A DNA stretch of 64,000 bases from Pelagomonas calceolata (lineage: Eukaryota). Location: assembly GCA_918797485.1 (NCBI GenBank), contig CAKKNE010000005.1, positions 3,472,001 through 3,536,000 on the forward strand, read 5' to 3'. The notes below the pieces were generated by a model, which worked only from the letters and a program-made list of their open reading frames with translations, ran no database searches and was not told the origin of the DNA. The translations under genes and the position numbers were made by a program. Shown in pieces: positions 1 through 10,703 of the stretch; position 1 is the first letter of the stretch, and every line of letters starts with the position of its first letter.

Positions 1-245
1 AATCTCGCGAGGCGGCCCGCCGCCGAGCCGGCGCGCGGCGGCGGCGGCGGCGCGCGCTCCAGCAAAGCGATCGCGCGCTCCGTCGCCGACGGTTCGGTGG
101 ATTTGATCGAGAGCTGCGCGGCATCTTCGTCCGGAGCCTGGAAGGGCTGGCGCTGCAGCTTCGAGCATAAAGAAGCGACGTCCTGTTGGAGCAGGCCGAG
201 CTCCTCTTCCAGGCGGGCCCGGCGGCTGGTCGAGGAGGTTGCCAT
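1..245 (-). CDS. hypothetical protein, 3' part outside the window
   Basis: ATG at 245 (MATSSTSRRARLEEELGLLQQD...), open to the window edge. Confidence 0.5.
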   Translation of the reverse strand, partial: MATSSTSRRARLEEELGLLQQDVASLCSKLQRQPFQAPDEDAAQLSIKSTEPSATERAIALLERAPPPPPRAGSAAGRLAR

Positions 246-391
246 GGTTGCAAATTAAACTCCGACCGGCTGGAGGCTGCTCCCACGGATTTTGGTCGCT
301 GCCACGTACGAGTGGGGAGCACTCGAGTGTCTCTTCCCGGCTCGTTTTTGCCAAATCCGTTTTAACTTTTGGTTTAGCGGTCTGTAACACA

Positions 392-1081
392 CTAGAAGCG
401 ATATCTATCGGTACCGACGTCCGCGAGAATTCGCGGCAACGGCCGGGGCGCGACGCCGCTCGCGCGCCAGTACGCATCGCCGTAGTCCACGAGGACCTGG
501 CCGCCGGGCGCGATGCCCTCTCTCGCGACGATGACGACGCGCAGCAGCCCGCGGTGGACGACGCGCACGATCTCGGCGTTCGGCTTGATAGATGTATGGT
601 TCACAAAGCGCGCGGCGTTGCCGAACCGCCGCGCCGAGAGACGCAGCGGCTCGCCGGCGAGCGTCTCCGCGTAGCTCAGGCCGTAGGGATCGAACCCATC
701 ATCCGTCGCGGGGGCTACGAGGCCGGCGTACTCGACAACGAGCGCACCGATAGAGATAGGCTCGACCGCGAAGACGCCGTAGCCGCCGGCCGATTCCAAA
801 TCGACGATCTCGATGGCCTCGGCTCGCGACACGGGTGGCCCGTTTGCGTCTAGCGCCTCCGCGACGCCGAGTTCCGCGCTCGTCGGCGCCGGCGGGTACA
901 CGAGCAATGCGCGATCGCGGAAGTGGCGCTCGTGGAGAAACGCAAGCGACGGCACCCACTCGAAGCCGGCGTCGCGGGACAAAATTTCCTGTGCCGCCGC
1001 GCCGGTGCTGCCGTAGACGATAGTAGCCTGTTCGGCGGCAGTCTCGCCGAACGTCCGGCCAGTGTCGAGGCACGTGATCAT
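392..1081 (-). CDS. compact SET-domain lysine methyltransferase
   Basis: GYGVFA, VEYAG, ARFVNH and VDYG..YW SET motifs; its only ATG (1081) overlaps the upstream TGA. Confidence 0.85.
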   Translation of the reverse strand: MITCLDTGRTFGETAAEQATIVYGSTGAAAQEILSRDAGFEWVPSLAFLHERHFRDRALLVYPPAPTSAELGVAEALDANGPPVSRAEAIEIVDLESAGGYGVFAVEPISIGALVVEYAGLVAPATDDGFDPYGLSYAETLAGEPLRLSARRFGNAARFVNHTSIKPNAEIVRVVHRGLLRVVIVAREGIAPGGQVLVDYGDAYWRASGVAPRPLPRILADVGTDRYRF

Positions 1082-1343
1082 TGGACCGCGCACACGCAGC
1101 CCGCGCCGCCCTCGTCCTTCGTGCCGAAATTGGTCTTTTGCGCCGCGGCGATGCGTTCCTGGTTGAGCTCCTCTTGGGTCATTTTCGATTCTCTTTCTTT
1201 GCGCGCTGCCTTCTCTTGGGGCGTCTCGAGCTTGGCCTGCGCGCGTCGTTGCGTCGATGGCGTGCAGGTGACAAATGCAGTCAAGGCAAAGTTGATTTGT
1301 GCACTGAGCTCACTGGTTGGAGCGAGCGGTCATAGCCGTACAT
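1078..1343 (-). CDS. 62-aa microprotein ending in a CaaX motif (CVCAVQ); exons 1343-1314 and 1236-1078
   Basis: ATG at 1343, GTGAGC...GCAG intron 1313-1237, in-frame join MYGYDRSLQP|AKLETPQEK...GCVCAVQ*. Confidence 0.65.
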
Positions 1344-1585
1344 TTTTATCAATCGAACGGTGCCCGAGAATCGATTCTTGCGCGAATCCGCGCTCCGCGG
1401 GCGCCGCTCTGCAAATCGGGTTCAGCAGTGCATGTCGCATCGACAGCTAGCTAGGCTCGTCGCCGTTCATGCCATCGATAGAACTTACCAGAAGGTCGCA
1501 AGAAATCATTGTTCCGGCCTTAAATTGAATCTGTGCAAAACTAGTACGGCAGAGAGCTCTGAGAGCCAGTGAGCTTGAGAGAGCC

Positions 1586-4456
1586 ATGAGTTACAAGGAC
1601 CGCGAGGCGGCCGGCGACCGGGCGGTCGCCGCTGCATCGGGCGCGAGCGCCCACGCGGCGGTTTCGTGCCGCATGGCCGCGACGACCATCGCTGCCATCG
1701 CGACGGCCGTCGACGCGCTGGACACCGTCGACGCCGACGAGCCGCGCGCGCGAGCGACGCCACCGCCCGTCCTGGCAACGCAAGGCACGGACGACGCCTG
1801 GGCCGACTGGCGAGGTTGCGTGTGCGGCGGCGGCGCCTACGGCGAGATGGTCGCCTGCGACGGCGGCTGCGACAACTGGTTCCACTTCGCGTGCGTGGGC
1901 CTCGCGAGCGCGCCGCGCGGCGAGTACATCTGCGACGCGTGCGGCGCGGGCTTTGGGTTCCGGCGCGCCTACGACGACGAGGATGACAGTGACGCGCGCG
2001 CGATCGCGTGCCTGCAAGAAAACCCCAAGAAGCCGGGGACGGCCTGCAACCTGCGCTACGAAGCTTATAAATCCGCCACGACCGTCGCCGAATTTTTAGA
2101 GAAGGGCGGGACGCCCGCCGACTTGACGCATGATGTGGGCAAGGGCTTCGTCTGGTACCTCGACGCGGACAACTCCCAGGAGGACGGTCGACGACCGCGC
2201 GGAACCAAAACGTGCGCGTCCTTCAATGTGGACGCTTCGCGCCGACCCGAAAATTTATGGCCTAGCGTATCGACATACTAGCATCGACCCGCAGGCTTAG
2301 GAGAAGGTGCTCTCCGCAGCGAGGCGCAAGAGAAGGAGGCTGGGGCTGCCTCGGGGCCACCGCGAACCGCCGGAAACATGATGTTGCGCCGGAAGGGCAC
2401 GGCCGCGGCGCCGAAACACGCACCCGAAAAAGTGACCCAACATGCGACGCGCGGCGCAACCAAGCGCGCCGCCTCGGAAAAGCCGAAGCCGCGGAAGCGC
2501 GCGAAGGCCGAGGCGGCCTTCGGCAACGAGCAGGCGCCGCTGCTGGGCCTCGACGTCTACCATAGAGACGAGGCCGACCTCCGCGATAAAGCGCTCGGCA
2601 GCCCGATCTGCATCGTGAGAGGGTTACTGTCTCCTACAACAGATGACGAGGACCCCTTCGCCCTACCTTTACTCAGGAGGGACCACGGCGCCACGAAGGT
2701 CAAGATGGTCCTGCAACGGCCCATGTCCAAGCCCGGCTGGAAGCTCCCGCCCCAGACGTCTGCTCTGAGAACATTAGGACCGTACATCGACGCCATGCGG
2801 AGAGACCTCGAAGAGAACACGTCGCCGGACACGTCCAAACCCTTAGAATTCGCTGCGAACGTGGACACGTCTTCCGAGGACATGGCGCCGCAACTAGACG
2901 CTCTAAAAACACTACTACCGGCGTGGCTGCTCTGGCAGTCCGACGAGGACGCGTTGCGCTTCGTGCGGCAGGGCGTGCCGGGCATGACCGCGCCCCAGTT
3001 GTATCTCAAAAGAAAAGGTGTGTGGACCGGGGGCCACGAGGAGAACCTGCGGTTCTCGTCCGTGAACTGCTGCCACGGGCCTGGTAGTAGTAGGTGGTTC
3101 GCTGTTGATCCACAACATGCATCAAAAGTCCGTTCTCTGGTGAAGGAGAAGTGTCAGGTCGACATCTACGTCGACGAGGGCAACTGGTGGCCCGATCCTT
3201 CTTGGTTGCGGAGTTATGGTATTCCCGTGCGCGAGGGTCTGCAGCAGGCGGGCGACGTCATTGTCTTGAGAGGTGGGACCTTGCATTGGGTCGTGTGTGA
3301 TGACTTGCCCTCGGTGCATAGTTCGTGGAACTTCGGGGTCCAATGCGCGGAGACCTTCGAGGCGGCGCTTGAGAGAGCTGCGTTGAACGATGTCATAAGG
3401 TACCCGAACATCATCGCCGTGAGGTCGTTGTTGCTGGATCTGGCGGCGCATCTAGTTTCGCAGGAAGATACTGATGCAAAACTATTAGCCGTGTGTTCCC
3501 AGAGTGCCGCGGTCGTCGCGAGAGCAGCTAGAAGAGACGAGGCCGCCATCAAACAAGCGAGACTCGGCGTCGAGGGCGAGCCCGACGGCGCGCTCGTCAT
3601 CCGCTGCGACGCGTGCGGCGCGGACCTGCCGGTTTTCTATTCAAGGTGCGACTCGTGCTTCGGTTGTCAAAACGGCACGCCCTTCATGTGCGTCTCGTGT
3701 GGCTTGCGGCATAGAAGGCGCCATAGAGATATATCAGCGGTGGCGAAGCAGTCTATTAGTGAGGTCGAGGCGCTTGCCACAAAATGCGCGTCGTTGTGCG
3801 GCGCGCCTCCTCCGGACTTCACGGCGCCCGAGGTCGGGAAGAAGCGCGGCGCCATGAAGGCCTGCCCGCAGTGTGCCAAGCTCATCCCGAACCGCTGCGA
3901 GACGTGCCCGGCCTGCGGCGGCTGCGCCGTGCGGAAGCGCTCCTCCAAAAAAAAGAAGGACGGCGTGCCGCCGGCGTGGACGGACGCCGCGGCGGAGCTC
4001 GCCGTCGCCGCAACACGCGACCCGCAGAAGGTGGTCTTCGGGCCCCAGCGCGGCCCGCGCGACGTCTCCGCCGCGCCGGGGTTGAGCCCCGCGGCCTTTG
4101 AGTCCCAGACGCCGTCGCGGGCGCCGTCCGCCGGGAGCTGGGCGGACCTGGGGGCGCCGCCGCCGGGCCGCGAGAGCAGTGGAAGTTGGGGCGACCTCGG
4201 GGTCTTGGCGGAGCCCGCAGCGCTCTCTACCGTTGTACCGGCGGCGGCGCTGCCCGTGGAAGCCGCGCTGCCGCCGGCGTACCTCGACCTCGCGGGCGTG
4301 CCGGCCATCGTCTCGCCGCCCAACATGCGGCGCGTCGCCTCGGAGCCGTACGAGCCGCTCCTGTTGGACGCGGACGTCCTGCGCACGGCCGGGCCCATCC
4401 ACCCGCTCGTGATCGACGACGTCCTGCCCGTGGCCCTCGTCCAGACGACGCCCTGA
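1586..4456 (+). CDS. PHD finger plus KDM6/UTX-like JmjC demethylase with zinc-binding domain; probably one gene via a 108-nt intron (2187-2294 or 2212-2319), possibly two genes
   Basis: PHD CVCGG..MVACD..C..WFHFACV..CDAC; JmjC TGGHEEN..SVN..GPG..WF..LHWV; both ORFs share a frame, split by one TAG at 2279. Confidence 0.75.
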
Positions 4457-4732
4457 GCTGTTTCCCTTCCCCGATCGTTCCTGTAAAAGCAAGTGAAGTC
4501 CTGAATCCATGTTTGCTAGTGCCTTTCTCCCGCTAGCTCGGCTTGCCCAAAAAAAACGCGTTGTGCGCGCTGCAGGGCGTATAGCTCATCACCAGACGCC
4601 GTCGGCGCGTCTAGGTTGTATACTAATAGCTCACGAACGCGTGAACTAGCCGGCACCACCGTGAAATAGGCACCAAAGCGCACTGCCGCCACGCACAGCG
4701 CCTACACGCCGCCGCGACACCGCAAAACAAAA

Positions 4733-5947
4733 ATGCCCTCCCCGTCGCCGGAAGAGCAGGCGGAACGACGGAGAAAGCGCCTCTACCTCCTCTTCGCGCT
4801 CTTCGGCGGCGGCTCCAGCTGGGTCTCGACGACGCTCGCGTTCATGGAGGTGCCCATTTACCAGCGCCACTTCAAGGGGTTGTCACTGTCGAATCGCCTC
4901 GCCCTGGGCTACAACCTCGGCACGCTACCGGCGGCTCTATGGGTTTTGGCGCTGTGGTGCGGCTGGCGTCCCACAAAAAGATCATCATCTATCTACGTTC
5001 TGTTAGCAGTACAGTTAATGGCCGTCACGTGTTTGTTGATAGCGGTTCCTGGGAGCCCTTTGTTCAGCGTCTCCTTCCTGGCCTTTGCCCAATTTTTAGG
5101 AGGGGCTTGCGGCTACTGCTCGCAGTTCGTCTGCGTACCCTACCTTGTCTCGGTGTTTGAAAATGAACTCGTGGGTGCTTTTTTGACTGGTGATGCTGCC
5201 AGCAGTGTGATAGCGGCGCTCATCGCCTTGATCCAGGAGCCGGCGTCGAAGCCGCCTCGCTTCGGGCTGGCCGCATATGTTTCTGTGGCGGGCTTGCCGA
5301 TCGTTCTATGTTCAATCATGGCGTTCGTCCATATAGAAAGGACGCAAGCCGGCCGTCTACCTGAAGAGAGTAGTAGACGCTTGATCGAGGGCGACGAAGC
5401 GCCATCAACAATAAAACCGTACTACCTCGAGCCCCTGACCTGGAAGCTCGGCTTGGTGGTCTTCTGGAGCCAGTTCGCGGACTGGGGCGTCGGCGACAGT
5501 GTATATCCGTACGCTTGTGCCAACGCGAACGACAACAAGGTCGAGAGCTGCGAGATGTGGTCGAATGAATTGAGCCTCGCGGCGCAGCTCGTGGGCTGCG
5601 CCGTGGCGTCGCGGATAGCCTTGAACGCTGATAGATTAACAGCGACGCTGTGGGTGCCGGTTGCGATATACACGGGCTGGTTCGCGTTGTTACTCGTGAC
5701 GTCGTGGCGCTACGAGGACGCACCTAGATTAGATGAGCGCGGCGTCCTCGTGGATTTGTTTGTGCTCCGAGGTCTAGGGCCGTACGCTCGGGCGGTCGTT
5801 CCTCGACTGATTCAGCCGTGCTACGACCGGCGGCACCACGAGGCGCTGCCCGTGTTTTTTGGGGTCCTGGCCGTTTTGGGCAACGTGTCCGGGTCGCTCG
5901 TCGCGACCGGGTTGATTGGCGCGCGGCAGTTCGGAAGTACGTCGTAG
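4733..5947 (+). CDS. multi-TM transporter, SLC52 riboflavin-transporter-like
   Basis: about 10-11 hydrophobic helices; ALFGGGSSW..MEVP resembles the SLC52 FGMGSW..VELP motif. Confidence 0.6.
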   Translation: MPSPSPEEQAERRRKRLYLLFALFGGGSSWVSTTLAFMEVPIYQRHFKGLSLSNRLALGYNLGTLPAALWVLALWCGWRPTKRSSSIYVLLAVQLMAVTCLLIAVPGSPLFSVSFLAFAQFLGGACGYCSQFVCVPYLVSVFENELVGAFLTGDAASSVIAALIALIQEPASKPPRFGLAAYVSVAGLPIVLCSIMAFVHIERTQAGRLPEESSRRLIEGDEAPSTIKPYYLEPLTWKLGLVVFWSQFADWGVGDSVYPYACANANDNKVESCEMWSNELSLAAQLVGCAVASRIALNADRLTATLWVPVAIYTGWFALLLVTSWRYEDAPRLDERGVLVDLFVLRGLGPYARAVVPRLIQPCYDRRHHEALPVFFGVLAVLGNVSGSLVATGLIGARQFGSTS

Positions 5948-5991
5948 TAATATTTTGTTAAACATTCACACTTACTGATTCCGCGTCTCTC

Positions 5992-6588
5992 CTACTGTTC
6001 GTAGAGCGATCGTCGAAGCGCCTCCTCGACGGCCTCCTCCTCCGAGATGGCCCGCGCCGTCGCGACTGGCGCCTCCACGACCGCATCTTTCCCGTCGGCA
6101 GCGTACAGCGGGTCCTCCGGCGAGGGGCTGCGCTCCGTATCATCCACAGGAAGCGCCGCGAGCGCGTCGGCCGTCGCCTCGGTGGCCTGGCGTTGCTTCA
6201 CGCGCCGCCGCTGGCCGTCGACCGGGAGCGCGGGGTCGTCCCTCGCGAGACGCGGCGTGAAGGCCTGCGTGCAGCCCTGCGCGACGACGGGGCCTTCATA
6301 AGTAGTGGCCTCGTCTACCACTTCTAACGGCACGGCGACGCCGTACTGCATCTCCACCAGACCTCCGGCCGGCAGGATGACGTTCTCGCAGACCGTGACC
6401 GTCGCCTCGGTCCCGGCCCGCGGCGAGACCTCGGCCGTCGCGATGGGCGGCAGCGTCGCCGTCACCACCGAACCGCCGACCGCCTTCCGCTCGCTGCCGT
6501 CGACGACGATCTCGACGGCGCGCACGGGCGCTACTGGTGCGCCGGGCTTGACCTCGTCGGGGACCGGTTCGTGGAGGAAATCTGCCAT
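5992..6588 (-). CDS. hypothetical protein with C-terminal UIM-like motif
   Basis: SEEEAVEEALRRSL at the C-terminus. Confidence 0.55.
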   Translation of the reverse strand: MADFLHEPVPDEVKPGAPVAPVRAVEIVVDGSERKAVGGSVVTATLPPIATAEVSPRAGTEATVTVCENVILPAGGLVEMQYGVAVPLEVVDEATTYEGPVVAQGCTQAFTPRLARDDPALPVDGQRRRVKQRQATEATADALAALPVDDTERSPSPEDPLYAADGKDAVVEAPVATARAISEEEAVEEALRRSLYEQ

Positions 6589-6833
6589 TGGCAGCCCTGT
6601 AATTCAGCAGGTCTGTCCGCCGAGCCAGTGGATTTTCGCGGCCGCAGCGCTCTGTGGTGTTTTACACACGGTCTGAAGCCACCTCTCGTCGCCTCACTGC
6701 TCGTTTAGTTTACCACGCGCCGAGAGCCTGCCTGGAGTGGGCGCTGCTCTGCATGAAGGCCAGCCACAAGTCTGTGTGCGGGGCGCCGACAGCCATGCTG
6801 TTTGTGGTATAAGATCAGCATTGATGTATTAGC

Positions 6834-8285
6834 ATGGATGCCGCAGCGCTGCGGGAGTTCTGCCACCGCGAGCGCCCGCCGAGCGTCGTGCTGGACAACA
6901 TGTTTGATGCCTCCATGCCGCCGGCAGCCGATGCGATCGAATTAGACGTCGGGCAAGAAATGACCAGGAGTTTTGGACGTGTGCTGGACTGCGAAGCTAT
7001 CCTTTCAACCGGTATCGTCACTGTTTTCTTCGCCGAAGACGGCGCAGCGCAGCGCTGCGCCGCAGCGCTTCACGGCGGCAATTTTGACGGCCGGCGCATC
7101 GGCGCGCGCTACTGCGCCGGCGGCGCGACGCGCGCTGTGGCCAACGGCACGTCGTCGGCGCCGGGCGCTACGACGACTCACCAAGCCGAGCCAGACGCCA
7201 CGGACGCCGATGCCGCGGACGCCTCCGTGGGCGACGCGACGCCGCCCGAGGCCGAACTCGGCGATACCACTGGCGATGAAGGTGAAAGCGGCGACGACGG
7301 GTCCTGCGGGTCGCTCGCCGCGTCGCTGTCGGACGACGACGACGAGAGCGACGCCGGCGACGTCGTGTCGTCGCTCCGAGAGCACGTGCTCAAGGCGACG
7401 GCGCCGCCGCCGCCGCCCGCGGGGCGGGGGCGGGGCCGGACGACGCCGGCGTGGCTCGCCGCGCAGCAGACCAATGCCACCGCGGGCCCGGTGCCGCGCA
7501 GAAACGGAGGTGTTGCATCAGCCGCGCAGCAGCCCAAAGCCGACGAGGACGAGGAGTCCGCCTGGACCGCCGGCCCCGCCGCGCAAAAGCGCTTCGCGGC
7601 GGCCGCCGAGGTCGCGGCCAAGGCCCAGGCCGACCGGCTGGGCGAGCGCGTCGGCGGCTGGGAGGTCCACGAGAAGGGCGTGGCCTCGAAGCTGATGGCG
7701 AAGATGGGCTACGTCCGCGGGAGCGGCCTCGGCAAGCACGCGCAGGGGCGCACGGACATTCTGCCGATTCCCGCGCCCCGCCGCGGGACTAGGGACTGCG
7801 AGAACCCCGGCCTCGGCGCTCCCGAAGCGGCGCCCGTCGAGGCGCCCAAGTCGACGGCGGGCCGGGCCGCGAAACGGAGTCGGGCCGCCTACGATAGGGA
7901 GTCGGGCCGCGCCGCGCCGCGCTCGGTTTTCGACGCCGTCGCCGCGACGACGCGGCGCGCCGTGGCGCCGGACCCGAAGAAGCTCAAGGAGGCGGCGCGG
8001 CGGAAGACGCAGAGGGACGTCCACCGGTCCGCGGGCGCTTTGCGGGCCGCGGACACGGCCGGCGCCGAAGCTCTACGCGAGCTCGAGAAGCGCCTGGCGG
8101 CCCTCGAGCGGGCCAAGGCGCGCCAAGCCGCCCACGGCGCCGACGCCGTGTTCGCGGCGAAGCGCGACCGCGAGATCGCGGACGTCCGTAATCGCATCGA
8201 CGCGCTGACGGCGAGGCATTCGCACCTGCGCAACGCCTGCGCGACGCGGCGCGACCGCGACCGGAAGGAGAAGCACGTGTTTTAA
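6834..8285 (+). CDS. UHM/RRM plus G-patch RNA-processing protein
   Basis: VVLDNMF..FGRV..LHGGNFDGRRI; G-patch GVASKLMAKMGYVRGSGLGK. Confidence 0.8.
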   Translation: MDAAALREFCHRERPPSVVLDNMFDASMPPAADAIELDVGQEMTRSFGRVLDCEAILSTGIVTVFFAEDGAAQRCAAALHGGNFDGRRIGARYCAGGATRAVANGTSSAPGATTTHQAEPDATDADAADASVGDATPPEAELGDTTGDEGESGDDGSCGSLAASLSDDDDESDAGDVVSSLREHVLKATAPPPPPAGRGRGRTTPAWLAAQQTNATAGPVPRRNGGVASAAQQPKADEDEESAWTAGPAAQKRFAAAAEVAAKAQADRLGERVGGWEVHEKGVASKLMAKMGYVRGSGLGKHAQGRTDILPIPAPRRGTRDCENPGLGAPEAAPVEAPKSTAGRAAKRSRAAYDRESGRAAPRSVFDAVAATTRRAVAPDPKKLKEAARRKTQRDVHRSAGALRAADTAGAEALRELEKRLAALERAKARQAAHGADAVFAAKRDREIADVRNRIDALTARHSHLRNACATRRDRDRKEKHVF

Positions 8286-8630
8286 TTTCTGTTGTGTGTT
8301 TTTTGCGACGCCCCGCCGGTGCGCGATGTTTTTTGTGCCGCCTCCCGTCCGAACCTCGCATCCTACCCGTACGCAGCAGTCCAAAACAGGCCTCTGACGG
8401 TGCATCAAGGATGCGTCGCGAGCGCCACGACCCGCACACTCAGATTTTAAGCAGCTGGGTGGCCGAAAATCGCGCCGCACGAGCAGCACCGCCGCCCGTC
8501 GACCGCGCCCGCAGGAGGACCAGCAGCTCGCGCCGCCGGCGACCCGCAAAAGCACCAAAAGGGCAGCACCGCCGCCCGTCGACCGCTCAGCAGCAGGAGC
8601 GCCACAGGAGAGCAGCAAAAAAGGGCAACC

Positions 8631-10436
8631 ATGGCCTCGCCGCGCAGTCCCCTGTCCCCGCGGCCGCCGCCCTCCCCAGGCCAGGACGACACGGAGGCCT
8701 GGCGCGCCAAGTTCGTCCACTTCTACCAGACGAACGCCCCGTCAAAAGCGAAATTCGTGAACGACAAGATGATGGCCAAGTGGAAGGGGCGCTACAAGGA
8801 GTTGTATTCGAACCTCGAGCGGAAGTACGGCCCGCTCGGCGCGCCCACTTCTCCACCTAGACCGCCGTCGCGGCCCGGTTCTGGAAGGGCTTTTGGCGGA
8901 AGAGGTAAAAGAACGGTAGCGGATCTATCGTCTGAATTTGAAGCCTTGGTGAATAAGGCGCGGCGCGAGTGTCCGGACAACAAAGCTCCTTTAGACTTGG
9001 TCGATGCGAAGCTGACGGCGGCCGAGAACGGGTTAGAAACCTCAACATTTACGGTGTGTGCCCGCATCAGACCGAAACTCAAACAAGACGAAGGAGACGA
9101 AGACTTCGTTTGCGTAGTGCCGGGCGAGCATGGCCGGGCGGCGCGGTGTTTGGTGCCGCGCGTGTCCATTACTGGTAGGCCCAAGCTCGACGAGGCGCGG
9201 TCGGAGCTGGACTGGACTTGGGGCCCCAATGCGGACGAGGACAACATCTTTGATGCTGTTGGAAGGCCTTTGGTGCACAGAGCTCTGGATGGCCAGGTAG
9301 GCGTCATTTTTGCGTATGGTCAGACCGGAAGCGGTAAAACGCATACGATGTCGAACCTGATGGAGCGCGTCGTCGGCGAGTTGTTCAAGTCTGGCGCGGC
9401 CGCTAATGTGATGAGACACAGAAAGATAAGCTTCTCGTACTGCGAGATTTTGGGGAGCGACGCGAACGACTGCCTGAGCCCCTCCCACGACGCGGTCAAG
9501 ATCGGCGAGATGCTCGACGGTCGAGTCGTCCTCAAGAACCTCAGCGAGCACGAGGTCGAGGACGCGGCGCAGATGCATGCATTGGTGAAGAAGGCCGCGG
9601 CCACGCGCTCGACGGAATCTACTGCCCGCAATGACACTTCCTCACGTTCACATGGGATTGGCATTGTTACAGTAGCACCCCCAGAAGGCTGCGCGCTCGC
9701 CGGCAAGCTCTACGTCATCGACCTGGCTGGGAGTGAGCGGGCGGCCGACTCCAAGGACCACGACCAGCAGCGACTCGAAGAGACGAAGGCTATTAATATT
9801 TCACTGATGGCATTGAAAGAGTGCATCAGGGCTAGAACGAAGGCGTCACGTCCTGGGGCTGCTAGATCGGTACATATACCGTACAGAAGAGCGAAATTGA
9901 CCCAGGTTATGAAGGACGTCTTTGATGTTGCGTCTCCCAGGTTATGCGCTACGGTTGTCTTAGCTTGTGTGGCTCCGACGGCGCGGGACGTGGATCACTC
10001 GAAGAACACGCTGTCGTATGCCGCTCCATTAAAGGTAGCCGTCGAGGCCGCCCCCCATTTACAACGCGACGACCGCGACCCGGCGCTCTGGGCTACTACA
10101 CAGTTAATAGAGTGGGTCGCGGAAACCGCTCCCTGTACTATGGAGCAGGCCAAGCAGATCGTGAATCAAAACACTGGCGTCCAGTTCTGCGCCGTGTCGG
10201 AATCCGCCTTATTTGCGCGCTGCGCCGCCGCCGAGCTCGACGCGAAGCAATCGAAGAAGTTGTATGGTGCGTTGTGGACGGCCGTCATCGACGCGAAAAC
10301 TCGCAATAGGAGACCGGACGGCACGATCATCACCGAAGAAGATGAAGCGAGGGAGAAGGCGGAGAAGGCCCAAGCTTTGCGCGACAAGGCCGCGCTCTGG
10401 AAGGAGCGCGAGAAGACGCTGCGGTCCGACTTCTAG
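8631..10436 (+). CDS. kinesin motor protein (kinesin-13-like)
   Basis: AYGQTGSGKT, NDTSSRSH, DLAGSER, HIPYR..KLT. Confidence 0.92.
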   Translation: MASPRSPLSPRPPPSPGQDDTEAWRAKFVHFYQTNAPSKAKFVNDKMMAKWKGRYKELYSNLERKYGPLGAPTSPPRPPSRPGSGRAFGGRGKRTVADLSSEFEALVNKARRECPDNKAPLDLVDAKLTAAENGLETSTFTVCARIRPKLKQDEGDEDFVCVVPGEHGRAARCLVPRVSITGRPKLDEARSELDWTWGPNADEDNIFDAVGRPLVHRALDGQVGVIFAYGQTGSGKTHTMSNLMERVVGELFKSGAAANVMRHRKISFSYCEILGSDANDCLSPSHDAVKIGEMLDGRVVLKNLSEHEVEDAAQMHALVKKAAATRSTESTARNDTSSRSHGIGIVTVAPPEGCALAGKLYVIDLAGSERAADSKDHDQQRLEETKAINISLMALKECIRARTKASRPGAARSVHIPYRRAKLTQVMKDVFDVASPRLCATVVLACVAPTARDVDHSKNTLSYAAPLKVAVEAAPHLQRDDRDPALWATTQLIEWVAETAPCTMEQAKQIVNQNTGVQFCAVSESALFARCAAAELDAKQSKKLYGALWTAVIDAKTRNRRPDGTIITEEDEAREKAEKAQALRDKAALWKEREKTLRSDF

Positions 10437-10703
10437 CTTTTTCCCGATCCCGGTAATAACTTCGTTTGCTGGGAGTTGTGCCTCTGTGTCGAGAGGAGCA
10501 GTCTGGCTAGTAGTAGTAGTAGCTGCCCTACCACCGACGTATAAGGTACCGTAGGTACTTAGGTACCGATACCTTTACCTAACCAGTCGATTTTCGCGCC
10601 GCCAGTGGCCTGAGGCCAAAGGAGCAGGCTCGTTAGTATCAGAACTCATAGATATTCATCCCTGGACGAGTATTCTTGCAACAGATTCCCACTCTAGTGT
10701 TCC

